A DNA stretch of 64,000 bases. Source: Vitrella brassicaformis CCMP3155. Lineage: Eukaryota > Protista > Chromerida. The number at the start of each line of letters is the position of its first letter. The stretch's first letter is position 1. The position numbers and the translations under genes were made by a program. The stretch lies in assembly GCA_001179505.1 (NCBI GenBank), contig CDMY01000542.1, positions 186,001-250,000 on the forward strand, given 5' to 3'. A model generated the notes under the pieces. The model was not told the DNA's origin and made no database searches. It saw only the letters and a list, made by a program, of their open reading frames with translations. Positions 60,642-64,000 of this stretch are shown here, in pieces.

Positions 60642-63600
60642 TCACTTTTTCCTGTTGCCACGCTGCTCCTTGCCCTTCGGTGTCGACGCAGGCTGGTTAG
60701 TGGTGCTGCTGCTGTTTGATGGCTCGTTGGGCGGCGTCTGGCCATCCCCCGCCTTGAACTGCCAGAGGTTGACTTTGCCGTCGAATGCCTCTTCAAGGGT
60801 GAGGAGAGAGGACTTGATGGTAGCGATGTCGGTCTCGATCTTGAGGATGGAGGTGTGCAGCAGCGCCTCCTGCTCGCACTTCTCGCGCTTCAACTCCTGC
60901 ACGGATCCATGGATGCACCCCATGGGAGGGCGAATTTGTGTTTCCTATTTTCTCCTTGGTGCTTTGCTGACCTCAATGTACAGATACTGATTCTTGACCA
61001 CACCGGCCTGCTCGTCCAGACGCTTCTGAAAAAGAAGAGGCATGAGGAGGGAGAGACATTGCATGCATTGGCGCCCCTTGCGTGCGTTTTATTTTATGTC
61101 TTCATGCCCACCGTGAGTGCTTTGAGGAGCTGCGTGTGGTCCTCCAGTGCTGCCTGCACCCAGCCAGTGGTGCACCCACCCATGCTGCTGGATGAAAGGG
61201 ACGGCTCAGGGGGCCCCATCTGACACACACACACACACACACACACACAGAAGGATGCATCCATTGCTGCTCGCACTGCTATACATGTGCATGTGTGTCT
61301 CTGTGTGTGTATGGTCGCACGTCGTGTCCCTGCCCTCCTCCTCCGCTCGTGTACTGCCGCTGCTGCTGTTGTAGTGAGCCACTACCCGAGCAGTAGCCAC
61401 TATGGCCAGACACCACACCCATCGGCCCCATTCCCATGTGTGACGAGGTGGATGATGGCATGGCGATGTCGAGCGAGGGCAGTGGGGGCAGTGGCGGCTG
61501 CTGTGGTGCCTGGGAGGCATTGAGAGAGGGCAGGGTCTCGTGGCGCGTTGGCGAGGGGGACAAGTCAACCAGCACCACGGGCGCTGAATGAAAACGAACC
61601 AAGGAGAGAGCACGAGTGTATGAATGCATTTCTGGTGGTTGGCGTGTGCATGTGGTACGTGTGGGTTACGTTGGTTGAGATTCCTCGCGAACCACTCCCA
61701 CACAGTGTACCCGTCAGCGATGGCAGGCAAATGGCGAACAGTCAGCTGCAAATCGACCACAAGACACAGAAGGACTCATCAATAAATCCTCAGTTGGCCA
61801 GACATCCACCGTTTTGTGAACGACTTACCGTCCGATAAGGGGGTCTCGATCCGTCCTCACCAGCCCACTGACCAGAAATCGATGGATGGATGGATGTGTG
61901 GATGAATGCCTCCGTGGCCGTCGGTCATGAATTGCGTACGTTTTGGCTGATGGGTCGTATGTCTTTGAGTATGAGATCAACGAACCGCTTGACGCCCTCA
62001 GCGGCGCTCTCATTGGCGTCCAAGGAACACTTCCACTGACGACCCTCAGGCACTGGAAGAAACCAACACATAAGCGCACATATACACGAGAGCCATGTGT
62101 GCATGTGTTGGCAATCATGTGCTTTCAAATACCATAGAAAATGCTGCACTCGATCTGGGGCGCTGCAACAAAGAGACAGGAAAGCAGGTATGCATCCAAA
62201 GCAGCGGATGGTCTTTTGTCGACTTACAAGTGGGGTACACAGATCCATATCTGCTATGGGTCAGCCGCGACGACCCCAGCCCCGCATAGCGATTGCCCAG
62301 CGCCCCACCAGCAGTGGTGGACGAGGCGTAGCTGCCGACGCTGCCCTGATACATAGACGCGACCGACATGCTGGCCGTCATCGACCCCGACGACCCGCCA
62401 TACGTCGACGCCGACCCCCCCTTGCCCTTGGTCGACAGCGATAGCGACGATGAGGCCAGAGACATCCCATCACCCCCTCCCCCCTTTTTGCCTCCTGCTT
62501 TCTTGCCTCCCCCTGGCTGGCCGGTCCCTCCCGGAGACACCGAGCTGCACGTTGACAGGCTGTCAGACGGCAGGGGTGACTGAGACACCGACATGCCGCT
62601 GCTCAGGCATGCAGCTTCGCTGGGGGTGAAGGCTGTCTCGCTCATCTCACTACTCGCCATGCCGGCCGCGTCAGCCTTCTGCCGGTTCTTGCGATGGCGG
62701 TTGCCTTTCGGCGGCTTGCCGATGGGTCTGGGTGGAGGTTGGGGCTGAGGGGGGGCGGGATGGGTAGGGGGATAGTTGGCGACGTTCTTGGTGGTGTCAT
62801 CTGCGTTGAGAGGGGTGGATGGCGGCGTGTCGACGTTGGTGACGGTGGCCGTGGTCGGACTGCCACCCTCCAGGGAGGGCGAGGGCGATGTGCCCTTTCT
62901 GGTGGCGCTCTCGCTGACCTCCCCAACCGCTTCCCTCTCCCCCTTGGCCTCTTCATCTACTCTCCGCCTCGGTGTGGTCACGTCCTCACGTGAGGCTCCG
63001 TCGGCAGCGGGAGCGGCCGTGGCTTCGGCAACGTCGGGAGATTGGTCTTTGTCCGCCCTGGCTGGGCCCGCTGTGGCCGGCGGGGTGTCGATTGAGCCTT
63101 TCTTGCCGCCGCTCTCTTTCTTGTGCGTGTCAGCAGGCTTCAAGAGCGCCTCGTCGGTCTCATCACTTTTCAACAAAGCGATCTGACCATCACCTGAACC
63201 ACCACAGCACGAAGAGAGATGTCTCTTCTGTGTCTCCTTTTGTCCGTCGTTGTCTCACCCCTGCTTTGTGCAGCAGCATCTGCAGACACGTCAGCCTCCT
63301 TCCCCTCCTGAGGCACTAGTGTGTCTTCCTCTATCGTCGGCAGGGCCGGTTGAAGAGCCGGACTCTTGGCACTGCGGCGCGGCGAGCCGTGTTCCTCACC
63401 CACCGACGCCTCAGAGCTGCGATCGAGAGGCTCCTTGGGCGTCTTGCTGTCGATGACGGTCGTGTCGCTACCGTCACCGTCATTCTCACCCACGCCCGCC
63501 CCATCCTCCCCTGTCTCCCCCTTGCCGTCAGCATCCCCATGGTCGAAGACCCACACCGCCTTGCACTGCAGACGCCGGCCGGGTGGCGCAGAGCTCGACC

Positions 63601-64000
63601 GGGACTCTGACGACGCATACGTTGCGGGGACAGCCAGCTTCTCAGATGATGTTGTGACCGACGGGCTCAGGATGGGGCGTTCGTCATGGCCTGGAGGCAA
63701 GAGAGTGCCCTGGGGGATGGCCAGGGCGCACGAGGGAGCCGATGCCTTCGAATACGATGAGCGGGGGAAGCCCATTGACTCGAGAGGCGGGGGGATGGGC
63801 CCTCCAGGCACAGCAGCACCCAGCAGGTTGGCCGCCTCCCTCGACAGAACGACGTCAGTCTCCGATGTGCCTCTACGGCGGTAGTTGTGTGCGCGCGCCC
63901 CTGGGGCGGGGTAAGTGGTTGAATACGACACTCTCGAAGCAGCCGACAACGACACAGGGGGATAAATGGTGGAGGTCGGGGCGTAGGAGCGCACCAGGAT
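60642..64000 (-). CDS. Large Ser/Pro/Gly-rich multi-exon protein with C-terminal coiled coil (5' end outside the window)
   Basis: Long open exons at 63250-64000 and 62200-63190, then short in-phase exons ending ..ELKREKCEQEALLH..GNRKK*. Confidence 0.72.

Overview
Eukaryotic, GC-rich, intron-dense DNA. The short GT-AG introns are full of (CA/TG)n, (GACA)n and (GGAT)n microsatellites; this style suggests the chromerid alveolate Vitrella brassicaformis, which is an inference and not a database result. The window has a conserved core block at about 2.9-27.7 kb. It holds a secreted Cys-rich protein, a guanidine-hydrolase-like ureohydrolase with a probable mitochondrial presequence, an ARM-RING protein, CFAP44 and a de novo purine gene cluster. 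In that cluster purB lies head-to-head with what splices into one continuous PurF-PurD-PurM-PurN reading frame, and the PurM domain has lost key ATP/Mg-binding motifs. Plastic, pseudogene-rich regions lie at 0-2.6 kb and 28-58 kb. The second is dominated by a diverged inverted duplication of about 28 kb centred near a 300-N gap. It carries HPD->HTD J-domain genes, fragments of an atypical kinase family and 12 copies window-wide of a ~24-bp motif; a Q-for-D retropepsin-like gene lies just outside its left end. Two low-complexity genes close the window. No rRNA, tRNA, CRISPR array or recognisable transposase was seen. All gene models were spliced by eye.
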